Below, in pieces: positions 12,213-24,730 of a stretch of DNA of 64,000 nt (its first letter is position 1; each line of letters starts with the position of its first letter). The translations under genes were made by a program, and so were the position numbers. This DNA comes from the human T2T-CHM13v2.0 reference genome, Homo sapiens. Location: the NCBI RefSeq assembly GCF_009914755.1, contig NC_060932.1. One strand, written 5' to 3'. The notes beneath the pieces are model-generated. The model was given only the letters and a program-made list of their open reading frames with translations. It was not told the DNA's origin and ran no database searches.

Positions 12213-13050
12213 TCATTCATTCATTCATTCATTCATCAGCCTGCACTGAGCCCTGCTGTGTGCTGGGCCCCGCTCTAGGTGCTGGGAATGCAGAGAAACC
12301 TCTGCCCTCAGTCTCTGCAGCCTGCTAAAGAGAGACGGATGTGAACGGCAAGGAGAACAGTGACAGGGAATCAGGGCAGGGCCTGCTGGACATGGCGAGC
12401 CAGGGCCCCGAGACCCCTGTGTTGAAACCGGAGCCCTGAGGTGATGGAATTAAGAGGTGGGGCCTGTAGGAGGTGACTGGGTCAGGAGCACTCCGCCCTC
12501 AGGAATGGGACTCCTGATGGGAGGGGCCGAGGAGCTTGTTTGTCCCTTCCACCACGTGCGGTGCCACCTAGAAGCAGAGAGATGCCAAGCCTGCCAACGC
12601 CTGGATGTCAGCCTTCCAGCTTCCGGAACAGTCCATCTCTGTGGGTTGTGAATTATTCAGCCTATGGTATTTTTCTTATGTGGCACAAATGGACTAAGGC
12701 TGGCACGGTGGCTTTCTGAGAAGGTGGCATTTGAGAAAAGCTGGAAGAGGAGACAGAGCGGTGCTAGGTGCCCCTTGGGGAGCCCACCGGGCAGAAGGAG
12801 CCACGTGTGCCAGGGCCTGGGTGGAGCTCAGCTGGGGGACCACAGAGCAGCGCAGGCCAGCGTGCTGGAGCTGAGGAAGCCACAGGGATAGACCGAGGTC
12901 AGAGGCAATGGGCCAGGTCCCCTGGGTGCAGCAGGCCGTGGGTTTCACTCTGCTTGAGTGAATCAGGAGTGCGTCTGGAGCACAGATGGCGTGACCTGAC
13001 TTAGGTTGGAGAGGGTGGCCCTGACTGCTCACTGGGGGGATGGCAGTGCA
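12213..13050 (-). mobile_element. L2 LINE 3' end, interrupted by a MaLR LTR
   Basis: (ATTC)n tail, CTGAGCCCTGCTGTGTGCTGGGCCC...CTAGGTGCTGGGAATGCAG. Resumes at ~12705 with GGCTTTCTGAGAAGGTGGCATTTGAG. Confidence 0.7.
12385..12700 (+). mobile_element. MaLR LTR (MLT1A/MST-like) nested in L2
   Basis: TGTTGAAACC...GTGATGGAATTAAGAGGTGGGGCC...CCTTCCAGCTTCCGGAACAGT...CAGCCTATGGTATTTT...AAATGGACTAAG. Confidence 0.75.
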
Positions 13051-14399
13051 GGCAGGTGGCCAGGAAGCTGCAGCAGGGGCTCAGGTGTGTGTGTGTGTTG
13101 GGGGGGATCTGGGTGGCAGAGGCAGGCATGAAACCCAGAGCGAGGAGCCAGGATCTCTGCTCGGCACAGCCTGAGTTCCATTCTCCCACTGCACCCCAGC
13201 CTGGGTTCTGTCTGTCCCCCTACCCCCACAGAGTCCTCGCCCCAGGCACTGAGCCGAGCTCCCGTGGGTTAGGTTGAGCAGCGAGTGGAGGCACTGACAC
13301 ATCTACACTCTCTCTCCAGGCCCCCAGCGTCGCAGGATCCTGTAGACACATCAAATCAGACCCCTGGGGTTGGGTCCGTGCCCACAGTCAGACTCCAGCT
13401 CAAGTCCAAGCTATGCATTGAGGCAATACCTGGAAAGACAAGACCAGGCGTGCGGGCTGGGGCAGGAGTGGCAGGGAGGGCACGCAGCAGGAAGTGCTCT
13501 GGGTTGGGGAGGGGACCGTGGGGTACAGGGTGGTCCTGGCCTCAGCCTCAGGGCCTGGGCTCACACCCCCACTAGGGGCATGCACATTCCAGCCCGCGGG
13601 GCATGTGTGGGCAAAAGGCTCCAGGACCCCACGGTGGTCCTACAAAGAGCGGTAGACACCCGCCATCGATGCGAAAGCCCGGCGGAAGGGCGAGCAGAAG
13701 TGAGGAAGGGGCTGGAGCAGTGGGTCTTGGGACCACTGGGACAGCTTCTGGTCCCAGTGCCCAGCTCGGCTCTAGGCGGTGCTGCACAGAGAGCAGGGCT
13801 CCCCTGGGGCTGTGGGGGAAGAGCTGCGCCCAGAGAGGCTCAGCCCCACGAACCCCGGGACTGTCGGAGCTAGAGGGCTCCAGGGAATACCCATTATTGT
13901 CCATTCACCCACTCAGGAAATGGTTGCTGAGCACGTGCCTGTGCCAGGCCCTCTGCAGGGACATGCCTAGGACAAGGCTCTGCTGCCCTGGAGTCTGCTG
14001 TCCAGGGTTCCCGCAAACATCCATCCAGCTACCCCCGTGCACTCACCAAGCACCTGTAACCAGAGGCCATAGGATGTCACTGAATCCACAACCATCTGCA
14101 GCACCTCTGCACAAGAGCTCAGGGTGCGTGGCCTTGTCTTTATACTCACCTCCCTGCAGGCCGTGAGGTCCCTGTGGCAGGTGCTACCTTATTGGTCTCT
14201 GAGTCCCTGGAACCGGACGCATCACAGGTGCATGTTGGGGTCCAGAGGCCACAAGTGTGCTCTTCTGCTCCAACCCAGCGCTTTTTCTATGTGACAGGCT
14301 CTCTATGCCTCAGTTTACCTGTCTGTCCTGCCTGCCTCACAGGGACATTTGGGCATGGGGAGGCAGAGAGGGAAAGACACAGCACACAGGGTCTGGTGG

Positions 14400-14688
14400 T
14401 GCAATGGACCGAATGTTCATGTCCCTGCCAAGTTCACAGGTGTAAATCCCAACCCCTGACGCGATGGGATCAGGAGGTGGGGCCTTTGGGAGGTGAGGAT
14501 GTCATGAGGGTGGGACCCTCACCAGTAGGATCAGTGACCTTATAAAAGGGGCCCCAGAGAGCTCCCTCGCCCCTTCAACTGTGTGAGGACACAGCAGGAA
14601 GACAGCCACCTGCAACCACAATACATGTCTGTGGCTTAAGCCACCCAGAGTCTACTGCTTTGTCACGGCAGCCAAAGGGACTAGGACA
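14400..14688 (+). mobile_element. MaLR LTR (MLT1A0-like), internally shortened
   Basis: TGCAATGGACCGAATGTT...GGAGGTGGGGCCTTTGGGAGGTGA...CCTTATAAAAGGGGCCCCAGAGAGCTCCCTCGCCCCTTC...TAAGCCACCCAG...GGCAGCC...GACTAGGACA. Confidence 0.85.
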
Positions 14689-15619
14689 GGAGGCTTGTTT
14701 TTAAGTCCTGAGATCTGGTCCTGCAGGCAGTGCCCTGAGCAAACCCTAGAGCTGCTCTGAGCATTTCTCTTCCCTAGAAAACAAGAGGATGCCATTTGTA
14801 ACATACGCTGGGGCTTAGCGAGGTCCCTCCTGGGATGCCCAGGCCTTGCTGGGCACAGAGGAGACTAGTACCCCACTGCCCACTGCTCCCTGGCCTCGGC
14901 TAAGCAGGTGTGGTGTGATGGAGCAGTGTCCTTACAGTGCCAGTTAGCCCTGGGTGAATAGCCGCCGGGATCTCAGCCACGTCCTCACCTTCCCAATAGC
15001 CACTGGGCTCTCAGCCGCATCCTCACCTTCCCATCGCGGTGACTCCTCCAGACGGCCGGGAGGGCTTCACATGTGGAGGTGCAGTGGTTCTCCCCAGCCA
15101 GCACTCAGGCTTGGGGCACAGGCCAGGCCTGACCTCCCTCACTGAGGGGGGCTGCAGTAGAAAGAGGCTCAAAACGGCAATGATCTGCTGCAGCGAGGTG
15201 GCCTTGGTGCGAGGTGGCCCCGGTGGAGCTCTCAGAAATGCCTGCCTTCTTGGACGCACTGACAGTAACGGCCTGAAGAAACCTCCCTGCTCTTCCTCAT
15301 CCCTGTGGCTGTCCTCTGGGCAGACACAGGACCCATGTTATGGGCCAGGAGTGTGCAAGGAGTGAGGCCTGGCCAGACTCCTGTGGAGAGTGGGACGAGG
15401 CCTGCAGGGGCTGACGCCTGTGGGCCTTCCAGGGCGCCTCACTGCCTCCAGGACGGACAGACTCTCGGGGACACACTGAGCCCCCACCCTGCTGCCCCCA
15501 ACCCCCGCACTCCATGCATGAAGCACTTGAGCCTTTCAAGGTGGAAGGCAGGAGACGGCGGCCCCCAGCAGCCACCCCCGGTGGCCAGCCCCGAGGCAGA
15601 GGCTCCTGGCACCTGTTTG

Positions 15620-15735
15620 CACCATTGAGAGTGAATTACGGCCCAGCCCAGGGCTGGCCAGTGCGATGGAACAGCAAGCGTGCTAATTACCAAATGTCCT
15701 GCATGATTAACTAGGAAATTAACAGGCCAAATACT
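15620..15735. promoter_or_regulatory. Candidate enhancer (homeodomain motif cluster)
   Basis: Non-repeat island with GAATTA, TAATTA (15684), TGATTAA (15704) and AATTAA. Motif evidence only. Confidence 0.35.
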
Positions 15736-16370
15736 CCCTCTCTTCCTGGCCAGTGCCTCGGAACCCCATAAACACACTGGAATCCAAATGCTGCTGAGTG
15801 GCTCAGCTCCAGGCCCATCCATCCATCAGTGCTCGGTGACTCATGGGCCTTTCCAGAGCCCCGTCTCTTATGCCAGGGCCTCATTCCCGAATCCAGGAGC
15901 TGGGGCTCAGGGCCCCCTGCTGCTCTTGTCACTGCCCACCCTGGTCCCGGACCCTGTGTCCAGGCCGTGACCTGAGGCCTCAGGAAGACTAAGGTGGAAC
16001 AGGGGACGGACTTGACCAGGATGGGGCCCAGTTCCCAGCCCGGCTCCCTTTACCCACTGGGTGCCCCTGGGTGCCACCTCCTCTGCCTCCATTTTCTTGC
16101 TTGTACAACAGAGGTGATGCTGCCCCGCTGTGGGCCTGCCCTGGGGGTTAGAACAGAGATGGGTGTGATGTGCGCCGCTCACCTCCTGCCTCCTGCTCCA
16201 GCCTCCCACTTGCCCGCGGAGGAGTTATTGACCTGGTTGGCCAGAGTCTGAGGCTTTGATTCTGTGTCCTGTGTGTGTGGGGGGGGTGCTGCGTGGGGGT
16301 GACCCCATGCTACCAGATGGCAGCAGCAGTTCCCCATCCTCTCACCCTCCTGCTCTCCCTGCCAGGGCTA

Positions 16371-16550
16371 TGAGTCTAGAGGTCCAGCTGCCTTGCACTC
16401 AGGGTGGGGAGCCCCATGAATCTGGTCATCCAGCTCTCTTACATTTGGCATGGCAAGACCCTGAGTCTGGGGCTCCAGCCACCTTGCACTCAGGGTGGGG
16501 AGACCCTGAGCCTGGGGTCCAGCTGCCTTGTACTTGGGGTGGGGAGCCCC
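16371..16550. repeat. Diverged ~45-bp minisatellite, 4 copies
   Basis: Units start at 16371, 16417, 16462 and 16507. Consensus is approximately TGAGTCTGGGGTCCAGCTGCCTTGCACTCAGGGTGGGGAGACCC. Confidence 0.85.
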
Positions 16551-17039
16551 TGTGGGTTTACCAGAGCACCTTTCCAGTCCTCCTGCCTGTGGGCTCTTTC
16601 TCGCCCCATCAAGGGCAGTTGTTGTTCCTTTGGGCTTTATTCCCCCGTGGGCTCTGCTGGGAGGGACAGAGGTGAAGAGGGTGCTGGTCAGGGCTCAGAC
16701 ACAGAGCTCGCTACACTCTGAACGGGACCTGTGGGGCCTGGGAGGCATGGCTGGGCTGTCCGGAAGGACGAGAAGATCAGCACCCAGTCCTAGACTCGCA
16801 TTTTAAAGCAGGGTAAACTGAGGCTTATGGGGGCACAGGTCAGGCGTCCCAAATTCTGTGCACCCCACTCCCTGTCCCCCATGAGGATGATGGACTGTGA
16901 TCACAGCACCCCTGGGCCTCATGAACCCCAGTCCTTCATCTCCTGCCTCCCTCTCCTGGGAGGGACAGGCCAACAAAGACAGGCTGTCCCTTGAGGCTGG
17001 TTGGCAGGTGCACATCACAGAATGACAGGCAGAACTTGG

Positions 17040-17248
17040 GGATCAGAGTCCGACCAGCTGGGTCTCCTGTGCAGCCTCACCACTCACACCCTGGGTGACT
17101 GTGGAAGGTGGTTTATCCCTTGGTGCCTCGGTTTAGCCATCTGCAATGTGGGCAAAAGTGCACCTCTCATGAGGTAGTCAATACATCACATTCATTGGGA
17201 GGCTTTTCTAAAGTCCTTAGAACAACATTTGGCCTGAGTAAGCGCTTC
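17040..17248 (+). mobile_element. MIR
   Basis: CTGGGTGACT...GTGCCTCGGTTTAGCCATCTGCAATGTGGG...CTTAGAACA...GAGTAAGCGCT. Confidence 0.7.
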
Positions 17249-17744
17249 TGGGGAAGCTGGTCAGGCACACGGGTGTGGGGACCTGCCATGGCTGATGGCA
17301 GCAGAGAAGGACGTGGTGTGCTGGAGCCGGCAGGGCAAGAGCAAGCAGGAAGGCACACAGGCAGGCGCCGGAGATGGAGAGGCCTGACGCCAGAGTTACT
17401 CGCCAAATGTGTCACATTAGCAGTAATCTGGCCCATTTTTGAGGTCATTTTCTCTGGGGCCCACTTTTGAGCATTTCAAGGATTTTAGTCCACTTGTTCC
17501 TCTGCAAATGAATTTCCAGCACGTGAGCTCACTCCAGCCATCCTCGGGGAGGAGTGGGCAGGGGGGTGCAGCATTGGCAGAGGCCCAGCACGACCCCAGG
17601 AAGGGATTCAGTAGGCAGTGGGAGCGGGAAGGACACCCCCTCCTCTGCATGGGAGTCCGGGACTGGGGGCAGGCAAACTGGCTCAGCTCCATCTCAACCC
17701 TGTCACCAAACTGAATTCCATCAGGATTAGCATTAAGTATATTT

Positions 17745-18250
17745 AAAAAAATCAGGGCACAGAAAAAGTGAGAATTAAGTAGAATTTAATATTCATCATG
17801 CCTGGGGAGAGGGAAGATTTCCTAAGTTTAGAACTAATACAAGGAATCAGGAGAGAAAATATGGACAGATTTGACTGCATAAAAATGAAAATCTTCTGCA
17901 AGTCAAAATTAAACCATCAAATAAAGTGGCAAAAATAATATGGCCTGGGAAATATATTTGTAGCAAATATGACAAAGGCTTAATTTCCTTATTAAATAAA
18001 GACCTTATAAGAATTTCTGTAAAGACATGGAAATGCATATGATATAAAGTTCAGATTGTTTTTAAGAGGGAAGGGTTTATTCAAATGCTGAAAGCTTTGT
18101 ACGTGGAGGAAAAGCTGATTGCAGAGCACCGTGAAGATGAGAATGATTTCGGCGGGTGGTAGGACTGGGAGTGATTGATCTATTTTTTTCTTGGTATTTT
18201 TCTGGATTTTTCAAATTTTCTTTAAGGAGTATGTTTTGTCTAAAAATATG
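17745..18250 (+). mobile_element. Old L1M (L1ME-like) ORF2/3' fragments
   Basis: GACAGATTTGACTGCATAAAAATGAAAATCTTCTGC...CTGGGAAATATATTTG...ATGACAAAGGCTTAATTTCC. A-rich. Confidence 0.75.
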
Positions 18251-18299
18251 ATATGAGTCCATTAATATCTTGTGATCTATTGTTATTTTTATAATAATT

Positions 18300-18510
18300 C
18301 TTAGTAATAGCCACCATTTAAGCGATTGCTATGAACAAAACATTTTCTGCACATCATCTCATTTAATCCACACAATGCCCATGGGAGGTACTTATTATCC
18401 ACATTTTAAAGATATGAAAACCGAGGCTCAAAGTGGTTAAGGACTCCAGCTAGGCACAACAGCAGGATAAGGGGGAGAGCTGGGTTTGCATGCGAGGCCC
18501 CGGCCCCGAG
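18300..18510 (-). mobile_element. MIR
   Basis: CATCTCATTTAATCCACACAA...ATTATCCACATTTTAAAGATATGAAAACCGAGGCTCAAAGTGGTTAAG. Confidence 0.8.
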
Positions 18511-18749
18511 CTGTCCAGGAGGATGAATGGTGCCCGGAGCGGAGGGTCCCTCTGCAGCCCCATGGCACCTCCGTGCGCATTCTGCCCAAGAGTGCAAACC
18601 TGCCTCACCGGGAAGAACCCCAGTGTGTGCTGACGGGCCGAAGGAACTCTGTCACTTGGGAAGGGCGGTGTGGAAAGAGCTAGAAAAAAAAAATTGGCCA
18701 CTCCAGGGGCTGAGATAACTTGGGAGGAATGGCGGGAGGCGGTGAGTGA

Positions 18750-19025
18750 GCAGCTCTCCACGTGTGACAAATGCTTATTAGAAATAAGAAAACAAGGCAG
18801 AGGTATTCTTAGACTAATTGACTCAAAATCCTTGAACTTGAAAAGTTGGGGGAAAAATAACAGAGAAAAGATGCAAAAACACTGGGAAGCAGCTAAACTC
18901 ATCATCCTGGGATAGCACGTGCTACATTTAGAGCATTTTCATTATAATTGTGCTATTAAGGTGGAGGTGTCCTTAGACGAATTGTCTAAAAAAGTCCTTG
19001 AAAAGCTTCAAATGAAAACAAACTC
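18750..19025. promoter_or_regulatory. Candidate conserved non-coding element/enhancer
   Basis: Complex AT-rich island without a recognisable repeat. Two CACGTG E-boxes, TGACA, CTAATTG, ATTATAATTG and a TTAGAC-N5-GTCTAA palindrome. Confidence 0.35.
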
Positions 19026-19964
19026 GGGGATAAAAGGGCTCAGAAAGAAAGCCCTGTGTTGATACAGATGGGCCCTGTCCCCTCCGGGTGTGGAGCCCGG
19101 CATACTCTGTGGCTCAGAGATGGAAACGCCTCTGGCCTGTCTGCCAGGGGCTGCAGGGAGCTGGGAAAGTCAGTGGGTGTGGCAGGTGATTAGAGCAGAG
19201 GGTCGACCACAGGTGGGTGGGCGGGGGGTGACATGAGTCCTCTCTGGGAGCACAGGAGGCCTCCCTGGAGGAGGCATTTGTGGCCTTTGACTTTGTAGTC
19301 AAAGGAGTCCAAAAGTTTCTCCTAAAAATCCCAGTGCCTTTGGGAAGCTTAAAGGAAAGATGCAGAAATTAACAAATGCACAGCCAGTGGGGGAAAGGGG
19401 GCAGTTGCTATGGTTGTTATTAATGAAGAAAAGAAACTCTGACTTCCTTCATCTTCTTGAAACACTCCTCTGAGGAAGCTCCTGTTGTCCCCACTTCGCA
19501 GATGAGAACACCGAGAGTCAGAGGGGATACAGAGCCCAAGGCCCCACGGATTTCCCAGCTCTCATCTCTATGGCTGCAGGCGTGTGGTTCCTTGCCTGGC
19601 CCTTAAGCTAGATTTGCACCATGCACTCAAAGCATTTTGCCAAATGAGGGCAGAGGTGGGTGGGTAGATGCCTCCTCTTTCGAGGCTCAGGCTCTCTGGT
19701 TCTTCCTGCTTGTTGTGCTGGGTTCCCTCCTTTGGTCTGACCTCAGGAACTCAGCACACTGACAGACAACGGTGCCTGAACACTCATGGTGTGGGGCCAG
19801 GCCTGATTCAGGTCCTCGTCTGGTATCTGCATGCAGCTGGCGCCCCTTAGACATTTTTTGAACAACCAGAGCCAGAGGACAATGCATGGCAGCTGGGAGA
19901 AAACTTTGGTGTGGGTGCCCCTGACTCCAGTTAAAATTAACTGAGGTTGCAGTCGCGTGTTCCA

Positions 19965-20270
19965 AAAATTTCAGTTCAACTCAATTCATCTCATTCGTCG
20001 CAAATTCTTCCAATTCCCTCCATTCAACTCAATCCCAGGCCCACAGCTAGCTCCTTCCAATTTTTACTTTGACTCCTCAATTCAATTTATTTTAATTTCA
20101 TTCTATTGGATTCCTTTCGTTCAATTCGATTTTCTTTCTTCAGTCCAGCTAAATTCAATTCCTTCAATTCATTTCAATTGCCCTCAGTCCAGTTTTTTGA
20201 CTTTAACCAGATCCTGGCAGTTAATCCAACTTCAGTCAATTTTTCCAATTTGACCCAAACCCCATTCAGC
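19965..20270. repeat. Decayed (TTCAA)n-like pentamer low-complexity tract
   Basis: Recurrent TTCAA/CTCAA/TTCAG/TTCAT at about 5-bp periodicity. Confidence 0.65.
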
Positions 20271-21799
20271 TCACCTTGGGCCCTCCAGCTCCTTCCTGGG
20301 CGCCCTCACTGTGTGAATGATCTCAATTCTGTCCTGGGCACCTTTAAGCACCTGAGCCCTGCGGGGCACAATCCTCCAGGATGTGTGACGAAGAGGCTTC
20401 CTCCTGGAGAAGGATCTGGAAAAAAAGTTATACACACACACTTGCTATGGGCAATGCTGTTGCATGTCTGTCAGTTCCTGTTCTTTGCAGGACAACTCCG
20501 AGAGAAGGAGGTTCATGTTATGGTCATGATCTCTGTTGTGCAGGAGTGGAGAAGGAGGCACACAGGTTTTACAAGCAAACTAGGCCTTAGAGAGAAAGCC
20601 TTCAGGTCTTGAACCTGGACTGTTTCACAGTGAAGCTTTTGCTTGACATGTGCATGAGAAAACGATATTCTAATTTGGTCAATGAATTTGTTCAATAATG
20701 TTAAGTGATTACTATGCATAATCAATGTTCCAGGCAGTGCAGATGTGGTGGTGAGGGAGTGAGCCATGGTCCTATCCCTAGGTTCCTATGGCTCAGGGTG
20801 GAAGGTGGCAGGTCACATGGGCAATGTGTACTTGCTCCCATAGCACAGGTTGGGCACCCCCAGCTCCAGTCGGGGGGGCAGGAGAGGCTTGCAGGAACTG
20901 GTAGCACCATGTCTACACAGACAGAGAGTGGATAGAGAGTGTTGTGTAAGAATAACTGAGTCATGACCTTTCTTGGGCATCTAGAGTTGACTGTCTCCTG
21001 GAATCACGTCCTTGCTTGAGCCTGGAGCATTTCACTCCTGCTCATGGGAGAAAAAGTGACCAGAGCCACAACCACTTCAGCTTCAGACTTTGTTCTGAGC
21101 AGTGTTCCCTGCTTCAATTAGTGCCACACCCCACCTGCTTCCTAACTGATCCTTAATGTCAGACTGGCTACCATGGCTTCAGCCCCCATAGAGATAACCC
21201 TTGAGTCCTTCCGGATTTGCTGACTTCAGCTGCTCTGGAGAAATACCCTGCCCACTGCGATGGCCATTCCACGTTTTTACCTTCCTAGCTGAGTTCTGGT
21301 CTCCCAAAAGCAGTAGGACTTTGACAATTAGAAATATATGCTAACAGGATAATCCAAGAAGTGGAAACAAAGGCTTGGAGGTCAATGAGGATACATGGAA
21401 ATGAAATGAGGGCAATGGGAAGAAGGGGACTGAGGAGTTAGAGGAAGTTTGGGGACATCTGCTTCTCCTGTGGGAGGCATGAATCCAGGGCAGCATTAAG
21501 GGGGTTGTTTGTGACCTCCGCCTTCCTTTTACATCCACTCAGCATTTATTCAGTTCTCTCTGCCTCAGGCACACTCACCCCCCAGCATGGAGGACCTGGC
21601 TTCAGAACCACACCTATGGACAGCGCTCTGGCCCTGGGCTGCCTTTTGGCCTCCTCGGTATCCCCTTGGCTCCGTTTCAGCTGGAAGCACCCATTGATCT
21701 GCCAGTGCTGCCGAGTCCTTCCAGAGAGAGAGGCAGAACCGAATTCAAATCCAAGTCTAAGTGCTGCTGTGACGTTGACCTCCAGCTCCTTACCTGGCA

Positions 21800-23100
21800 C
21801 AGAGGGTGGCTAAGAGGAGGTAATGGAGTAACATCCATCAGGTGCTTGACAAAGAAAAGGGATTCAACAGCTGTTAGTGTCTTCCTCCTAAGTAGCATGT
21901 TTCAGTTTTACCAGGGATTCCCAGCGCCTGAGCCAGATGGTCGAGGGGCAGACACCACAGCAAGCTCGTGGGAGAGTTTGTCTTCAACAAGCTCCACACT
22001 GTGGCTCACCTTAGTGGTAAACAGGAAGGGTCTTCTGTTTTGACACATCCCTAGGTCTTTTCTGGGCAATGAAATAATGTAACAGCTCCTTATCCCCAGG
22101 GCATTTTTGTGTTTAATAGTGCATTCTATAAGGCAATGCTTGACTCAAGGAATGGAGAATTAATGATGGGATTTCACAGTGTGACAAGACACTGGGGAAC
22201 ACGGCCCATGGGGCAACTGGCTTCTGCCGTCACCTTGTTCAGTGGCTGCCCACCCATCTGGGACTGAGGCTGGGCTCTTTTGAGAGTAAGTGCTCATGCT
22301 ACACAAGAGGCTTGGCTAGATCCCCAGGTGGAGAGAAACAGGTATCTTCCTGGAACTCATCAGGAAGCCCTCCTACCAAGGCTGCTGTTTGATTATGGCA
22401 GTGACAGTATCCCAGTGATAATGTTAAACTTTAAATTCTACCACATCCCCTACCTCAGCCCCTGGATGTTGGGGGCATTCTGTCTTGTCCACTGATTTTA
22501 TCTCCTGTGCCATAGATTGGCTGTGTGTGGCTGCCACCCATGCTAGCTTTCAAGGTGGCCTGGGAGGGGCTGAGGTCCATAGCCTGCATGACACATGCTC
22601 CATCCCCATTGAACTTGTCTACAGACCATGAGGGAGATGGCTTTTCCTCTAGGGAAGTCCAGACCAGCAGGCTATTTAAACACAAGCAGTTCCAAAAAGT
22701 GGTTGGCCAGGAACACACTCTGGGCTTTCTCCTGCTCCTCCTGGGGCTGTCTGTTGGCCCTTCAGTGAGGAGGCCCAGAACCTGTGATCAGCTTTTGCTC
22801 CTAATTCAGCAGTTTTCTCCATTCCCACGCCTGCAGCTCTTCCCACCCACCCTTTCACTGCAGGCCAGCGGGCTCATTAGAAGCTGGGACTTAAGCACCT
22901 TGCCTCTGTGTACAGCACCCAGGCTATTGAGCTGTGCCACCTTTCTATGGCCATTATGGGCACCCAATGGGCCATCAGCAGCCCCTGTGCAGCAGCCACT
23001 GCACTGGGCACATCAAGCCTACCTGCCATATGCTTTATTCCATGGGAAGACAATAGGGGCAGACCCTGTAATTTCCATCTTATGGGTCAGGAAGCTGGGG
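21800..23100 (-). mobile_element. Possible highly decayed ERVL/MaLR internal (pol-like) remnant
   Basis: Minus-strand peptide fragments such as RFWASSL and WVAATH weakly recall ERVL pol motifs (GFWSKAL, WTAAAL). The match is very degenerate. Confidence 0.3.
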
Positions 23101-23559
23101 CTCTCACAAATAAAAAGAGAGGTCCAGCCTCTTCTGCAGGAAAATGGCGGCATTTACAAAGCTCTTTCCAGAGCAAACCACAGCTGTCTCAGTGATGGGT
23201 CCGAATGGCCCTTGGAGGTTTGAGAAGAGGGTGGGATGAGGGGCGGAGGAGAGCTTAGAGCTCAGGGCAGATGCCTGGTCAGGAACACACAGATGGGTTC
23301 TGACAGGGGCATCAGGCATGGAGCAGGGAAAGAGGGGCTCTGAAACCAAATGGGATATGATAATTTACCTGCAGTCTTGGTGCTGTGCAAAGGGGGATGA
23401 GAATGCTAGCCATCCCCGGGGGCAGCTGTGAGGATGAGAAGGAAGGGAGTGTGACCTGTGCTCCATCTGGCTCTGACACTGTCGAGAGCTGCCCATTCTG
23501 TCTCCAGGACCTCGGTCCTTGCAACTGAGTGGATGCCATGGGAGCTCCAGCCAATTCTC

Positions 23560-23900
23560 ACTGGAGCCTACCCACTGTCTATAGTTGATTGGTGCAGAGA
23601 TAGCCGCTCAACCCAAACTGGGCCAATCAAAGTGCTTCTCTGGGATTTCCTGTTAATAAAGGTCAGACTCTGGACCCTTATTTGAGCTTCAATGTGAACT
23701 TTCAGTCCTGTTCTTCACCAGATGGTGAGAGATTGAGGCTGAGATTTGGAGGAAAGCAGAGGGGAGAGAGAGTGTGCTCAGTGGCAGTACTCATGAGGCC
23801 CCAGGACTTACTGAAGCCTAAAGTTTCTGATGTTTTGAGGTCTCCCCTGCCCTTCCAGTTCCAAGCCCTCCCCTGTCATGTTCCATTGTATGGACACTGG
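23560..23900 (+). mobile_element. LTR16-like ERVL LTR
   Basis: TGATTGGTGCAGAGATAG...ACCCAAACTGGGCCAATCAAAGTGCTTCTCTGGGATTT resembles the LTR16 CCAAT segment. Confidence 0.5.
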
Positions 23901-24599
23901 CTTCTTCCTGATGTTTCCTTTGTGCTTTTTCTTGTTGTCCATCTGTCCCCTTGTCACCTCCATTTTGCCAGCTCTGGGAATGCCACCTGCCCCCTGTAGG
24001 CTCCTAATATGCACATTTTACAAAGAGGAATGCTGAGCTTCCTGGGGGCTGATCATGTAGCCTTCCTGGGATTCTGTAGCCAATAAGTGAGCGTTTGTCT
24101 TGTTTCTGCGCCTTGCAGCCAGAACCCTGAAGAATGCCAGTGTCTGTGGTCTTGGGAAAGTCTCTTCCCTTCTTTGGCTGCGTCTGTCCTTCCTGCAAAG
24201 CAGGAGGAGATGGTAGCACTGCAAAGGTAATGGCGAGGCCTGGGAGCGTGCCAGCCCCTCCCGATGCTCTCAGGGGAAGAGCCAGGCGTAGGAACCCTTG
24301 TAGGGTGGGAGGTGTGGATGCAGACCTTGGATCTGGAGCCACCCCTCCCAAAACACATGCAGGGATGTTAGGCACAGTGTTCAACCTCCCTTGGTTTCAG
24401 TCTGGAAAATGCAGGATTTGATGAGGCCAGTCGTTGGCACCCCACATGGAACTTCTCTAGTAATCTCAGCTGATATTCTTCCTGCTCACAGTACACAGTG
24501 TGTGCAGTTCCTCCATGTGCATAACTCATAAATCCCAACACCAGTCTGGAATGAACCCCTGTGGGAGGTCTGACCCTGGGCCAGGCCACACACACGCAC

Positions 24600-24730
24600 C
24601 GTTCATGAGCCTCACTAGAACTCTGGGCAGAAAAGCGCTTCTGCAGATGAGGAAACTGCAGGTTGGGGAGGTTCCTTGCCTTCCCCAAGTCACAGAACAC
24701 GTTTGTGGTACACCCAGGCATCATGCCGTG
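24600..24730 (-). mobile_element. MIR fragment
   Basis: GCAGATGAGGAAACTGCAGGTTGGGGAGGTT...CCCAAGTCACAG. Confidence 0.65.
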
